Shown: in pieces, positions 46,693-56,078 of the stretch | Position numbering within the stretch: the first letter of the stretch is position 1 | How the letters are laid out: each line of letters begins with the position of its first letter | The notes under the pieces: model-generated | What the model was told of the DNA's origin: nothing | What the model saw: the letters and a program-made list of their open reading frames with translations, nothing else | Databases searched by the model: none | Translations under genes and position numbers: made by a program | DNA from: an uncultured bacterium | Lineage (GTDB): Bacteria > Lindowbacteria > 2-12-FULL-62-27 | NCBI GenBank assembly: GCA_964534765.1 | Contig: CAZHRJ010000001.1 | Span: forward strand, 762-64,761 | Length of the DNA: 64,000 bases | Direction of reading: 5' to 3'

Positions 46693-47292
46693 ATGAAAAA
46701 CAGGGAGTATATCGAATCCTATTTGGCGGGGATCAAACAGATTTCCGAAGAGATCAGCCGGGAGGACATTGACCGGGTGATCGAGTCGCTGTACGAGGCG
46801 TGGGCCGGTGGCCGACGAATCTTTATTTTCGGAAACGGCGGGTCGGCCGGGACCGCGTCGCATTTCGCGGCCGACCTCAACAAGTGCACGTCGATCGAGG
46901 GGAAGAGACGGATCAAGGTCATGAGCCTGGTGGACAGCGTTCCGTGGGTGAGCGCTCTCACCAACGACGACGGCTGGGACAATGTCTATGTGGAACAGAT
47001 GAAAAATTTTTTCGAGACCGGAGACGTGGCGCTGGCCCTGAGCGTCCATGGGGGTTCGGGCAAGGACAAGGCGGGGTTGTGGTCCCAGAACCTCCTGAAG
47101 GCCCTGCAGTACGCGCAAAGCAGGGGCGGCAAGGCGCTGGGATTTTCCGGATTCGACGGCGGCGCGATGAAAGAGATGGCGGACGTCTGCGTTGTGGTTC
47201 CCTACAACACAACACCCCATGTGGAGTCGTTCCACGTCGTCCTGCACCATCTGGTGACGTTTCGCCTGGCCGAGCGCATTCGATGTACTTAG
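46693..47292 (+). CDS. gmhA: sedoheptulose 7-phosphate isomerase (SIS domain)
   Basis: ATG at 46693 (AAGGGA 4 nt upstream) within ORF 46639..47292. FGNGGSAGTASHFAADL and the HVVLHHL-type C-terminus. Confidence 0.8.
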   Translation: MKNREYIESYLAGIKQISEEISREDIDRVIESLYEAWAGGRRIFIFGNGGSAGTASHFAADLNKCTSIEGKRRIKVMSLVDSVPWVSALTNDDGWDNVYVEQMKNFFETGDVALALSVHGGSGKDKAGLWSQNLLKALQYAQSRGGKALGFSGFDGGAMKEMADVCVVVPYNTTPHVESFHVVLHHLVTFRLAERIRCT

Positions 47293-47351
47293 AGCCTGTA
47301 ACAAAATGACAAATAGGTTCCCGCCCCGCCGGCCATTTTGATACAGGCTCT
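47291..47351 (+). promoter_or_regulatory. 18-bp-stem hairpin spanning the gmhA stop and the gmhB start, enclosing an 11-codon mini-ORF
   Basis: AGAGCCTGTAACAAAATG (47291..47308) pairs with CATTTTGATACAGGCTCT (47334..47351) at 17 of 18 positions, with a 25-nt loop. The TTG start of gmhB (47338) is in the 3' arm. Mini-ORF: ATG at 47306 to TGA at 47339-47341. Confidence 0.6.
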
Positions 47352-47910
47352 TAGCCGCCGCGCCGTTTTTCTTGATCGGGACGGAGTCATCAATAAGGTC
47401 GAACTGGGCCCGGACGGCAGACCCATGACGCTGACGACGCCGGAGGAATTTGAATTCATGCCCGGCGTTGAAGAGGCCCTCCGGCATCTCCACGACACGG
47501 GGCTATTGATCTTTGTGGTCACCAATCAGCCCGATGTGGCACGCGGCAAACTCGATCCTCTCCAGCTTCGACGAATCCATGACCGCCTCGCCGGCGGGTT
47601 TCCGTTTGACGGCATCTATACCTGTTTGCACGACGATCCGGACAACTGCGACTGCCGGAAGCCCAAACCGGGGCTCATCCTGCGCGCGGCGCGCGAATTC
47701 GATATCGATCCCGCGCGAGGATTCATGGTCGGAGACCACCAGCGGGACGTCGGCGCCGGCCGAAACGCCGGATGCGCGACGATTTTGATCCGGCGGCCCT
47801 ACAGCGGCGACTCGGCCGGCGGCGCGCAGCCCGATTACATCGTGCGGGACCTTCCGGATGCGGCGGAGACGATCATCCGATTGTGCCGGCCGGAACCGAA
47901 GGGATCGTAG
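47338..47910 (+). CDS. gmhB: D,D-heptose 1,7-bisphosphate phosphatase (HAD-IIIA)
   Basis: 190 aa. HAD motif I AVFLDRDGVIN, VVTNQ, Zn-finger-like CxHxxxxxCxCRKP and MVGD. Confidence 0.8.
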   Translation: MIQALSRRAVFLDRDGVINKVELGPDGRPMTLTTPEEFEFMPGVEEALRHLHDTGLLIFVVTNQPDVARGKLDPLQLRRIHDRLAGGFPFDGIYTCLHDDPDNCDCRKPKPGLILRAAREFDIDPARGFMVGDHQRDVGAGRNAGCATILIRRPYSGDSAGGAQPDYIVRDLPDAAETIIRLCRPEPKGS

Positions 47911-47913
47911 GCC

Positions 47914-48591
47914 GTGGTTGATTTGAACCGCTACAAATTCTTCATCGGAAAACAACTCTTCGCGCGCCAGTTTCGGCGGGTTGTGCCGCGCCTCCGATGC
48001 CCCATCCTCGATGTCGGATCGGGATCAGGCCCGTTTCGGCGGCATATGCCGGCCGGGCGGATCCTCTCCATGGACATCGACATGAGACTGCGGCCGGCAA
48101 TTGTGGCGAACGCCCGGCAAATGCCGTTTGAAACGGGCGCCTTTCAGAGCGTCATCTGCACCGAGGTCCTCGAACACGTTCCCCAGCCGGATCAGTGTCT
48201 TCAGGAAATCCGGCGGGTGTTGGCGCCGGGTGGAATTCTGTATCTGACGGTTCCCATGCTGTGGCCGCTGCATTACGAGCCGCACGATTACTACCGGTAT
48301 ACCCGGCACGGCATTCGATACCTTCTCGAAACCGCCGGATTTGAGCTGATGGAGACGAACCCGATCGGCGGACTTTTTTCGTTTCTGTGCATGCGCGTGG
48401 GGGAAAAGGGATTCAATCTTGTTCACAAACTCGCCTTTTTCCTTCCCAAACCATGCCGGCATTTCTGGAGCGTCCCGCTGACGCTCCCGATTTTTTTTGC
48501 GCTGTATCTTCTGTCATTCCTGTTTGACCCGCTCATGAAAAAGGATGTTTTTGCCTGGGCGGTTCTGGCAAGAAGCGGCCGGACAGGGTAA
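47914..48591 (+). CDS. class I SAM-dependent methyltransferase with C-terminal hydrophobic segments
   Basis: 225 aa, GTG start. ILDVGSGSGPF, FQSVICTEVLEHV, LAPGGILYLTVP. Confidence 0.7.
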   Translation: MVDLNRYKFFIGKQLFARQFRRVVPRLRCPILDVGSGSGPFRRHMPAGRILSMDIDMRLRPAIVANARQMPFETGAFQSVICTEVLEHVPQPDQCLQEIRRVLAPGGILYLTVPMLWPLHYEPHDYYRYTRHGIRYLLETAGFELMETNPIGGLFSFLCMRVGEKGFNLVHKLAFFLPKPCRHFWSVPLTLPIFFALYLLSFLFDPLMKKDVFAWAVLARSGRTG

Positions 48592-48594
48592 TCC

Positions 48595-49707
48595 ATGCGA
48601 ATTTGCTTTTACACCTTTTCCTTTTTCCCGACGATCGGCGGATCGGAGATCATCCTCCACGGTCTTGCGGACAGTCTGACCCGGCGGGGGCATACGGTCG
48701 TGGTGTGGGCGCCGTTTGTCCGGGGAAAAAACAATCACATCGACACGGTCTACCGGTTGAGACGATACAGCCGCCCGATATCCAAACGCATCGGCGTCCG
48801 GCAGACCGTTCCGTGGCTCCTCTTGGAATTCGCCCGCACCCGGTATAACGTCCTCCATTGCCACGGCGCCTATCCGGCCGCCTATGTCGGCGCGGCGGTC
48901 AAATGGATGATCAAGGTGCCGATGGTTGTCCGGCCGCACGGATCGGACATTCTTCAAGGGGAATGGATCCGTCAAAATCCCAGATTGGAACGGCGGATGA
49001 CTCAGTCGCTCCAAAAGGCCGACCGGATTGTGGCTCAGGGACAGTCTTTGAAATCGGAGCTGCTCAGACTCGGCCTTCCGGACACCCGCGTCGAAATCAT
49101 TCACAACGGCGTCCAAAGATCCCCAGTCCGGCCGGTGGCGCCCGCGGCATCGACGCGCGAGCCGCCCTACGTATTGTCCCTGGGAAGCCTGAGCCAGAAG
49201 AAGGGATATGATCTGCTGCTCAGGGCATTTTATGACATCGCGACGGACATCCCGGACATCCGGCTGGTCATCGCGGGCGGCGGGTCGCGATATTTGGAAC
49301 TGATGGATTTGACCATCAAACTCTCCCTTGAAAATCGTGTCCGGTGGATGGGCGAAGTCAGCGGCGAGAGAAAACAGCAGCTTCTGGAGGGCGCGCTGGC
49401 CTACGTGTGCCCGTCCAGACGGGAACCGTTTTCGAACGCGCTACTCGAGGCGATGGCGGCCGGCCTGCCGATTGTGGCCACCCGTGTGGGCGGCAATGCC
49501 GAGATGCTGGAGGACGATCGGTCCGCCATCCTGGTGCCGCCGGAAGATCCCCTCCTGCTGGCCGGCGCCATCCGGCGGGTCATCCAGGACAAGCCGCTGC
49601 GGGACAGGCTGGGTGAAGAATCCTACCGTCGGTCGGAACTGTTTGACTGGGATCGGATGGTGACGCAGTATGAAGATCTGTATCGACGGGTGAGCGGGAA
49701 AAATTGA
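48595..49707 (+). CDS. GT4-family glycosyltransferase
   Basis: 370 aa. N-terminal FPTIGGSEI and the C-terminal EX7E-type block PSRREPFSNALLEAMAAGLPIVATRVGG. Confidence 0.8.
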   Translation: MRICFYTFSFFPTIGGSEIILHGLADSLTRRGHTVVVWAPFVRGKNNHIDTVYRLRRYSRPISKRIGVRQTVPWLLLEFARTRYNVLHCHGAYPAAYVGAAVKWMIKVPMVVRPHGSDILQGEWIRQNPRLERRMTQSLQKADRIVAQGQSLKSELLRLGLPDTRVEIIHNGVQRSPVRPVAPAASTREPPYVLSLGSLSQKKGYDLLLRAFYDIATDIPDIRLVIAGGGSRYLELMDLTIKLSLENRVRWMGEVSGERKQQLLEGALAYVCPSRREPFSNALLEAMAAGLPIVATRVGGNAEMLEDDRSAILVPPEDPLLLAGAIRRVIQDKPLRDRLGEESYRRSELFDWDRMVTQYEDLYRRVSGKN

Positions 49708-50897
49708 AAGACCTGATTGGCCTGTTTCTCAAAAGACCTTTCACGGCATTTCTGGTCTGGCTGTTTCGATTCTATTCCCATTTTCGGCCCCGGCCCGCGC
49801 CGGATTCTTTGGCGTCGGACCTCCGGTCGAGCGCGTCATCCATTCTCATCTTCAGCACCGCGGGCATCGGCGACACTCTGTCCGACACGCCCGCGATCCG
49901 GGCGGTCAAGGAAAGTTTTCCAATGGCCCGGGTGACGGTGGTGGTTCATGAGAAACGCAAAGACCTTCTGGCGGCGAATCCCTGGATCGACCGGTTGATT
50001 CCCCACCGGAAAAATCCATTCCGCTTTTTTAAAACGCTCCGCGCGGTCCAGTCCGACCGGCCGGCGTCGGAGACGCCGGCACTTGGAGCGCCGGAGGCGC
50101 TGATCCGGCCGAGAGTGGCAATCGTTCTGAGAGCCAACGATCCGGACATCTGGCCGCTGGCCTATCTTTCGGGAGCGCCTGCGGTTGTCAGCCGGCGGGA
50201 GAGCACGGTGTTTCCTTTTCTGGTAAACGTCCCGGTCGATGTCCCCGACTGGCCGAACCTTCCGGGCGTGCTTCAAACGCTGGCCGTGGTTAAAGCCATC
50301 GGAGCGCAGGCGAGCGACTGCCGGATCGTCTACAGGGTCACGGAGGATGACCGGCGGGAGTTTCAAAAAACATGGTCCGGGCCGACTGACCATCTGGTGG
50401 CCGTGCAGATTCATCACAGCCCGCGCCTGGCATTCCGGGATTGGCCGGCATCTTCGTTCGTTGCCCTTTGCGAAAAAATACTGGCCGCCTGGCCACGCCT
50501 TTCCATCTGTCTGACCGGCGGACCGGCCGACATCAACAAAGCCCGGCGGATCACCGAGGCGGTTTCTTTGCGCGACGATTGCCCGCGGCTGATCAACGTC
50601 GCCGGAAAACTCACGCTTCGCCAGACCGCGGTGTTGCTGGAGCGGTCCACCGTTTTCATCACAACCGACACCGGGCTCATGCATCTGGGATTCGCTCTCC
50701 AGATTCCCACACTGGCCATGCTTCATCCCTATAACGCCGGCCGGGTCGGCCCATACGGATACGGCGCGATGCACACCGCCTGCGTCATGGCCGGCCCACC
50801 GGCCGACGGCGCGGGAAATTTGAGGCCCCTCTCGGAGTTGTCCTGCGAAACGGTGTTTGAAGCGTTTAAGGATCTGTATGTGCGGCATATTCGGTAA
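49704..50897 (+). CDS. GT9-family glycosyltransferase (heptosyltransferase-like)
   Basis: 397 aa, TTG start overlapping the upstream stop. ILIFSTAGIGDTLSDTPAIRAVKESFP and TTDTGLMHLGFALQIPTLAM are GT9 blocks. Contains palindrome copy C in an inserted loop. Confidence 0.75.
   Translation: MKDLIGLFLKRPFTAFLVWLFRFYSHFRPRPAPDSLASDLRSSASSILIFSTAGIGDTLSDTPAIRAVKESFPMARVTVVVHEKRKDLLAANPWIDRLIPHRKNPFRFFKTLRAVQSDRPASETPALGAPEALIRPRVAIVLRANDPDIWPLAYLSGAPAVVSRRESTVFPFLVNVPVDVPDWPNLPGVLQTLAVVKAIGAQASDCRIVYRVTEDDRREFQKTWSGPTDHLVAVQIHHSPRLAFRDWPASSFVALCEKILAAWPRLSICLTGGPADINKARRITEAVSLRDDCPRLINVAGKLTLRQTAVLLERSTVFITTDTGLMHLGFALQIPTLAMLHPYNAGRVGPYGYGAMHTACVMAGPPADGAGNLRPLSELSCETVFEAFKDLYVRHIR
50058..50086 (+). 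repeat. intragenic hairpin palindrome, copy C
   Basis: CGGCCGGCGTCGGAGACGCCGGCACTTGG with a perfect 8-bp stem CCGGCGTC/GACGCCGG and a 3-nt loop, followed by a second palindrome AGCGCC-GGA-GGCGCT (50087..50101). Translated in-frame as RPASETPALG. Confidence 0.9.
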
Positions 50898-52755
50898 ATT
50901 GTCTTTTGGCGGCGCGTCGCCGCTGGGCCGGGACATCCTCCGGCGGATGGCGGACTGCCTCAAACCCCGTGGACCGGATGATGAAGGATTTTATTCCGAC
51001 GGCCCGATCGAGCTGGGGATGCGGCGGCTGAGCGTTATTGATGTGGCCGGCGGCCGGCAGCCGATGTCGGACGAAACGGGGCGCGTCACGATCGTTTACA
51101 ACGGGGAAATCTATAATTTTCTCGACCTGCGCGCGGATCTGGAAAAACGGGGCGGCCGGTTCAGGACTCGAAGCGACACGGAGGTCATGCTGGCGCTCTA
51201 CCTGAAAAAGGGAATTGCCTTTCTGGATGACCTTCGCGGAATGTTCGCGTTCGCCCTCTGGGACAGGGAATCCCAAACGCTGATCCTCGCGCGGGACAGG
51301 CTTGGCAAAAAGCCCCTCTACTATGCGCCCAGTGCCGGGGGAATCACGTTCGCGTCCGAAATCAAGGCCGTCCGGATGGCTCCGGATGTTTCCCGCGATC
51401 TTCACCCGGCGTCGATCGACCGCTACTTCTCGATGAACTTTATTCCCCATCCCGACACGGTATTTGCGGCAATCAAGAAACTCCCGCCGGCTCATTATCT
51501 CGTCGCGCGCGCGGACGGGATCAAGCAAATCACCCGATACTGGCAGCTCGCGTTTGAGCCGAAACGGTCCATCGGGATCGAGGACGCGAAATCCGAACTG
51601 CTCCGGCATCTGCGCGAGTCCACCCGCATCCGGATGATCAGCGACGTTCCCCTGGGACTGCTCCTCAGCGGAGGACTCGATTCCAGCGCCATCGCGGCTC
51701 TTGCGGCTGAGGGAGGCCGACGGATCAAAACATTCTCCGTCGGATTCGAAAACGGTTCGGGCACCGGCGGCGCCGCCGAAATCGCGAAGCAGTTTCAGAC
51801 CGATCACCAGTCGCTGATTCTGAAACCCCAGGTGGCGGAGATTCTCCCGCGCCTGGCGGAAACGTTTGACGAGCCGTTTGCCGATTCATCGGCTGTGCCC
51901 ACCTATTTGATTGCGACGGAAGCGCGAAAGTCTGTGACCGTGGCACTGAACGGCGACGGCGGGGATGAGGCGTTTGCCGGATACCCGCGATACGCATCGG
52001 TTGCCGCGGCCGCGCAGGCCCTCGCCCGAGCGCCGGAATGGGTTCAGGAGTCCATCCGCGGACGACTCGCGGAACCCGCGATTGACCTGACGGCCGGCTC
52101 TGCCGAATTCCTCCTGCGCAAACTCCGAAAATGGCTGGCGCCCGAGCAGCGCGTGCTTTTTCAGCCCGAATCCTTCACGCCCGGCGAACGCCGGCGGCTC
52201 TATCGGCCTGATTTCAAGGCGCGCCTCCGCCGGCAGGACTGGGAACTCTTGATGCGGGATCTCCGGGACCCGATCGCGCGGACAGTGGACGCCGCCGAAC
52301 GGGTAATGGCCGCCGACATCGGGCTGTATCTGCCGGGCGACTTGCTGGTCAAAATGGACATGGCCACCATGGCCAACTCTCTGGAAGCCCGGTCACCCCT
52401 GCTGGACCACCGGCTTTTGGAATTCGCCGCTGCTCTGCCGATGCGATACAAAATCCGCGGCGGGATTCAAAAATGGATTTTCCGGGAAACCATGAGACCG
52501 TTTTTGCCCGAATCGGTTCTGTCCCTGGAAAAAAAGGGGTTCGCGCTGCCTCTCAGATCGTGGCTCCGCGCAGACCTGCGGCCGATGATCCGGGATACAC
52601 TGGAAACCAATCCGCGCGGCCTGACGCGGTTTCTGGCCAGGGATGAATTACGTACCGTTGTTCAAAAAATCCTCAGCCGGCCCAGCGGCGGAGAAAAGAA
52701 ACTCTGGGCGCTGCTCATGTTTGAACTCTGGTACCGGGGCGTTTTTCCCGAATGA
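50878..52755 (+). CDS. asparagine synthase (glutamine-hydrolysing)-family amidotransferase (second paralog)
   Basis: ATG at 50878 gives the MCGIFG Ntn nucleophile start. PP-loop SGGLDSS. Confidence 0.85.
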   Translation: MCGIFGKLSFGGASPLGRDILRRMADCLKPRGPDDEGFYSDGPIELGMRRLSVIDVAGGRQPMSDETGRVTIVYNGEIYNFLDLRADLEKRGGRFRTRSDTEVMLALYLKKGIAFLDDLRGMFAFALWDRESQTLILARDRLGKKPLYYAPSAGGITFASEIKAVRMAPDVSRDLHPASIDRYFSMNFIPHPDTVFAAIKKLPPAHYLVARADGIKQITRYWQLAFEPKRSIGIEDAKSELLRHLRESTRIRMISDVPLGLLLSGGLDSSAIAALAAEGGRRIKTFSVGFENGSGTGGAAEIAKQFQTDHQSLILKPQVAEILPRLAETFDEPFADSSAVPTYLIATEARKSVTVALNGDGGDEAFAGYPRYASVAAAAQALARAPEWVQESIRGRLAEPAIDLTAGSAEFLLRKLRKWLAPEQRVLFQPESFTPGERRRLYRPDFKARLRRQDWELLMRDLRDPIARTVDAAERVMAADIGLYLPGDLLVKMDMATMANSLEARSPLLDHRLLEFAAALPMRYKIRGGIQKWIFRETMRPFLPESVLSLEKKGFALPLRSWLRADLRPMIRDTLETNPRGLTRFLARDELRTVVQKILSRPSGGEKKLWALLMFELWYRGVFPE

Positions 52756-54070
52756 AGGCGTGAAAGGCGTCGATCACATAGTCGAGCATTTCCGGGGTCA
52801 GACCCGGATACACACCGATCCAGAACGTCCGATTCATGACGATATCCGTGTTCTCAAGCGTCCCCGCCACGCGGTGCGGGACTGAGAAATAGGCCGGCTG
52901 ACGAAGAAGATTTCCGCCGAACAAAAGCCGGGTTGAAATCTTGCGCTCATCCAAAAACCGGATGATGGCTGGCCGATCAAACGGGGCGGCCGGACGGATC
53001 GTCATTAAAAAACCAAACCAGCTCGGGTCGCTCCCGTCCGTCGCGCGCGGCAGGATGAAAAATTCCTCCAGATCCTTCAGCCCCTCATACAGCGTCTGCC
53101 AGTTTCGGCGTCTGGCGTCGATAAACGAAGGCAATTTTTTAAGCTGCGCCACCCCAACCGCCGCCTGGAGATCCGTTGCTTTCAAGTTGTAGCCAATATG
53201 CGAATAGATGTACTTGTGATCGTACCCGGCAGGCAGGTCGCCCAGTTTCCAGTCGTATCGTTTTCCGCAGGTGTTCTCCTTGCCCGGATCGCACCAGCAA
53301 TCCCGGCCCCAGTCCCGGAACGATTCCACCAGGACTTTGAGTTGCGGGTCCCGTGTGGCCACGGCGCCGCCTTCGCCCATGGTCATGTGATGGGCCGGAT
53401 AAAAACTGAACGTCGACAGATGACCGACCGATCCGGCGCGTTTTTCGCGATAGATCGATCCCAGGGCGTCGCAGGTGTCTTCGATGAGCCACAGATCGTG
53501 TTTCCGGGCCAGATCCGACACGGCGTCGAGATCAAACGGGTTTCCGAGCGTATGCGCCATCATGATCGCCTTCGTTTTAGGCCCGATCGACTCCGCCACG
53601 CGCGCCGCGGACGCGTTATACGTTGCGAGCTCGATGTCGACAAACACGGGAACCAGCCGGTTTTGAAGGATGGGGTTGAGCGTCGTCGGAAACCCGGACG
53701 CCACCGTCACCACCTCGTCCCCATCCCGGAGTCGCCGGTCGCCCAGTTTGGGAGAGGTGAGAGCCGATAGGGCCAGGAGATTCGCGGACGATCCGGAATT
53801 GCAGAGCATCGCGTGCCGCACTCCCAGAAATCGGCCAAACTCCCGCTCAAATTGGTCCGCGAATCGGCCCGTCGTCAGCCAGAAATCGAGCGCGGACTCC
53901 GTCAGAGTCTGAACTTCATCCGCGTCGAACACCCGGCCCGCGTAATAGACGGGGCTTTCGCCCGGAACAAACGGGGGAGCCTTCAGAGCCAATTCCCAGT
54001 ACTCGGCGACCTTGGCCAGAATTTCCCTCTTCAGCCGGGCCGCATCGGCGACCGGCGGACTGCGATCCAT
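52715..54070 (-). CDS. rfbH: RfbH/DdhC-like PLP/PMP-dependent sugar dehydrase (DegT superfamily)
   Basis: ATG at 54070 within ORF 52715..54148. [47 protein letters not shown] resemble CDP-6-deoxy-D-xylo-4-hexulose-3-dehydrase-type proteins. The family call is firmer than the exact activity. Confidence 0.7.
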   Translation of the reverse strand: MDRSPPVADAARLKREILAKVAEYWELALKAPPFVPGESPVYYAGRVFDADEVQTLTESALDFWLTTGRFADQFEREFGRFLGVRHAMLCNSGSSANLLALSALTSPKLGDRRLRDGDEVVTVASGFPTTLNPILQNRLVPVFVDIELATYNASAARVAESIGPKTKAIMMAHTLGNPFDLDAVSDLARKHDLWLIEDTCDALGSIYREKRAGSVGHLSTFSFYPAHHMTMGEGGAVATRDPQLKVLVESFRDWGRDCWCDPGKENTCGKRYDWKLGDLPAGYDHKYIYSHIGYNLKATDLQAAVGVAQLKKLPSFIDARRRNWQTLYEGLKDLEEFFILPRATDGSDPSWFGFLMTIRPAAPFDRPAIIRFLDERKISTRLLFGGNLLRQPAYFSVPHRVAGTLENTDIVMNRTFWIGVYPGLTPEMLDYVIDAFHAFIREKRPGTRVQT

Positions 54071-54129
54071 GAAGGCACGGTAGCAAGGCTTCACCGAGTT
54101 GACTACGCCCGTCCGATGTGATTTTTTGC

Positions 54130-55044
54130 ATGTCCATGACGTCACCACCCGATCCGCCGTTGGTCAGCATCGGTCTGCCGGTGTTCAATGAGGAAAAAGA
54201 CATTCGCGTCGCGATGGACTCGCTCCTGGGCCAGACTTATCGGCGAATCGAGCTGGTCGTTTCCGACAACGCCTCCACGGACCGTACCGGAGATATCTGC
54301 CGGGACTATGCGGCCCGGGACAGCCGGATCCGGTATGTCCGGCAGAGCCGCAATCTGGGCATGACCCGAAACCAGAACATCGTGGTCGAACTGGCCAGCG
54401 GAGATTATTTCATGTGGGGGTCGGGGAATGACCGGTGGCAACCACAGTTTATTGAAAAATGTCTGCCGGCGCTTCTGGATGATGACAGCGTCGTGCTGTG
54501 CTATCCGATCATTGAGAAGATGGATGCCGAGGGCCGCCCGGCTGAGGAGCGGTACCCGATCCGGCTCGATACGCGCGGGATGGGCATATCGTCCAGGGCC
54601 AATCTGGTGGCATGGGGACTGAGCAGCTGCGAATTATTTTACGGCCTTCACCGCCTGATCGTTCTCAAACGGACGAACCTGTTTCGAAATGTCATCAGCC
54701 CCGACAATTGTCTGGTGTTTGAACTCGCCCTCCATGGCGCCTTCGCCCATGTCCCTCTCCCGCTCTTTACCATGCGGATGCCGCCGCCATCGAGCCGGCA
54801 TCTGCGGGACAGCATCGAGGCGTACCGATCCGTGTTCTATCCGGAGGACCGGAAACGGTTTCGGTTATGGCTGACCCACTGGCGATTTTTGTATGAACAC
54901 CTGGCGGCGGTCTGCCGCGTGCCCGGGGTTCCCATGCGGCGAAAACCCATTCTCCTCCTCAGCGCGCTGTTCGCAGTCCTTGCCCGGAAGGGAAAACATA
55001 TGATCCACGATCTGATCGAGGCGGTGGGCCTGCCCAGACCTTGA
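54130..55044 (+). CDS. GT2-family glycosyltransferase
   Basis: ATG at 54130 within ORF 54118..55044. [37 protein letters not shown]. Paralog of 62601..63503. Confidence 0.75.
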   Translation: MSMTSPPDPPLVSIGLPVFNEEKDIRVAMDSLLGQTYRRIELVVSDNASTDRTGDICRDYAARDSRIRYVRQSRNLGMTRNQNIVVELASGDYFMWGSGNDRWQPQFIEKCLPALLDDDSVVLCYPIIEKMDAEGRPAEERYPIRLDTRGMGISSRANLVAWGLSSCELFYGLHRLIVLKRTNLFRNVISPDNCLVFELALHGAFAHVPLPLFTMRMPPPSSRHLRDSIEAYRSVFYPEDRKRFRLWLTHWRFLYEHLAAVCRVPGVPMRRKPILLLSALFAVLARKGKHMIHDLIEAVGLPRP

Positions 55045-56066
55045 AATGCCGAGCCGAAACTTGCGGCCAATGGATTCCTGATGTACGCCATGGGGTTGTG
55101 GATGATGATCTGAACACGCGCCTGTACCGCAAGCTCTTGTGGCTGCGGCACAGCGAGGAAAAACTTGTGCAGCTCTATAAAGAACAGCAAATGCGCACCC
55201 CCACCCATTTCGGCACGGGCCAGGAGGCTGTGGCGGTTGGAGTCTGTGAGGCGCTGGAGAAGACGGACGTGATCTACAGCCACCACCGCTGCCATAACCA
55301 CTACCTGGCCAAGGGCGGCGGGCTCGAAAGCCTGGCGGCGGAACTGTATGGCCGGGACACCGGCTGTTCCGGCGGCCGGGGCGGATCGGTGCATCTGACC
55401 AGCCGGGCCCACGGGTTTGTGGCGTCGTCGGCGATCCTGGCTCAAACCATTCCGGTCGCTACGGGCAGCGCGCTGAGTTTCAAGATGGATGGTCAGCCCC
55501 GGGTGGCGGCGTGTTTTTTTGGGGAGGCGGCATGCGAAGAGGGCGCCTGCTACGAAAGCATGAACTACGCGGCCATCCATCAGTTGCCGGTATTGTATGT
55601 GTGCGAAAATAACCTCTATTCGACCGAAAGCCCCCTGCATGTCCGGCAGCCGAAGGGAACACAGCTGTGCGAACGCGCGCGGGCGTTCAAGATTCCGGCG
55701 GAAACGGTTGACGGCAACGATGTCTTCGCCGTTTATCGGGCGGCGGCGTCAGCGGTGGAGTCGATCCGGGGTGGGAACGGTCCGCGATTTCTGGAATGCA
55801 TGACCTACCGGTGGCGGGAACACGTCGGGCCGCATTTCGATCACGATCAGAATCGAACCTACCGCAGCCGGGAAGAGCTGGAGGCGTGGATGGACAAATG
55901 CCCCGTGAAACGCGCCGCGGCTTATCTGCTGGACCGGAATCTGGCGACTCAGCCGGATTTGGATCGCTGGCGGGCCGAAGTCGATGAAGAAATCCAATCA
56001 GCCGTTACGGCGGCCAAGGAGGCCGCATGGCCTTCTGCCTCAACCTTGTTTGACCACGTCTGGTAG
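55041..56066 (+). CDS. thiamine-diphosphate-dependent dehydrogenase E1 component, alpha subunit
   Basis: 341 aa, TTG start overlapping the upstream stop (an in-frame GTG a few codons downstream is also possible). HFGTGQEAVAVG, YRCHNHYLAKG-type block, GGRGGSVH, FFGEAACEEG are PDH/acetoin-DH E1-alpha patterns. Confidence 0.8.
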   Translation: MKCRAETCGQWIPDVRHGVVDDDLNTRLYRKLLWLRHSEEKLVQLYKEQQMRTPTHFGTGQEAVAVGVCEALEKTDVIYSHHRCHNHYLAKGGGLESLAAELYGRDTGCSGGRGGSVHLTSRAHGFVASSAILAQTIPVATGSALSFKMDGQPRVAACFFGEAACEEGACYESMNYAAIHQLPVLYVCENNLYSTESPLHVRQPKGTQLCERARAFKIPAETVDGNDVFAVYRAAASAVESIRGGNGPRFLECMTYRWREHVGPHFDHDQNRTYRSREELEAWMDKCPVKRAAAYLLDRNLATQPDLDRWRAEVDEEIQSAVTAAKEAAWPSASTLFDHVW

Positions 56067-56078
56067 GGCCAACAGCGC

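Noticed and set aside
49836-50963. 375-aa ORF antisense to the GT9 gene
   Set aside because: Arg/Pro-rich artefact. The same reasoning applies to 50866..51807 (antisense to the AsnB-like gene) and 20941..21957 (antisense to the DegT gene).
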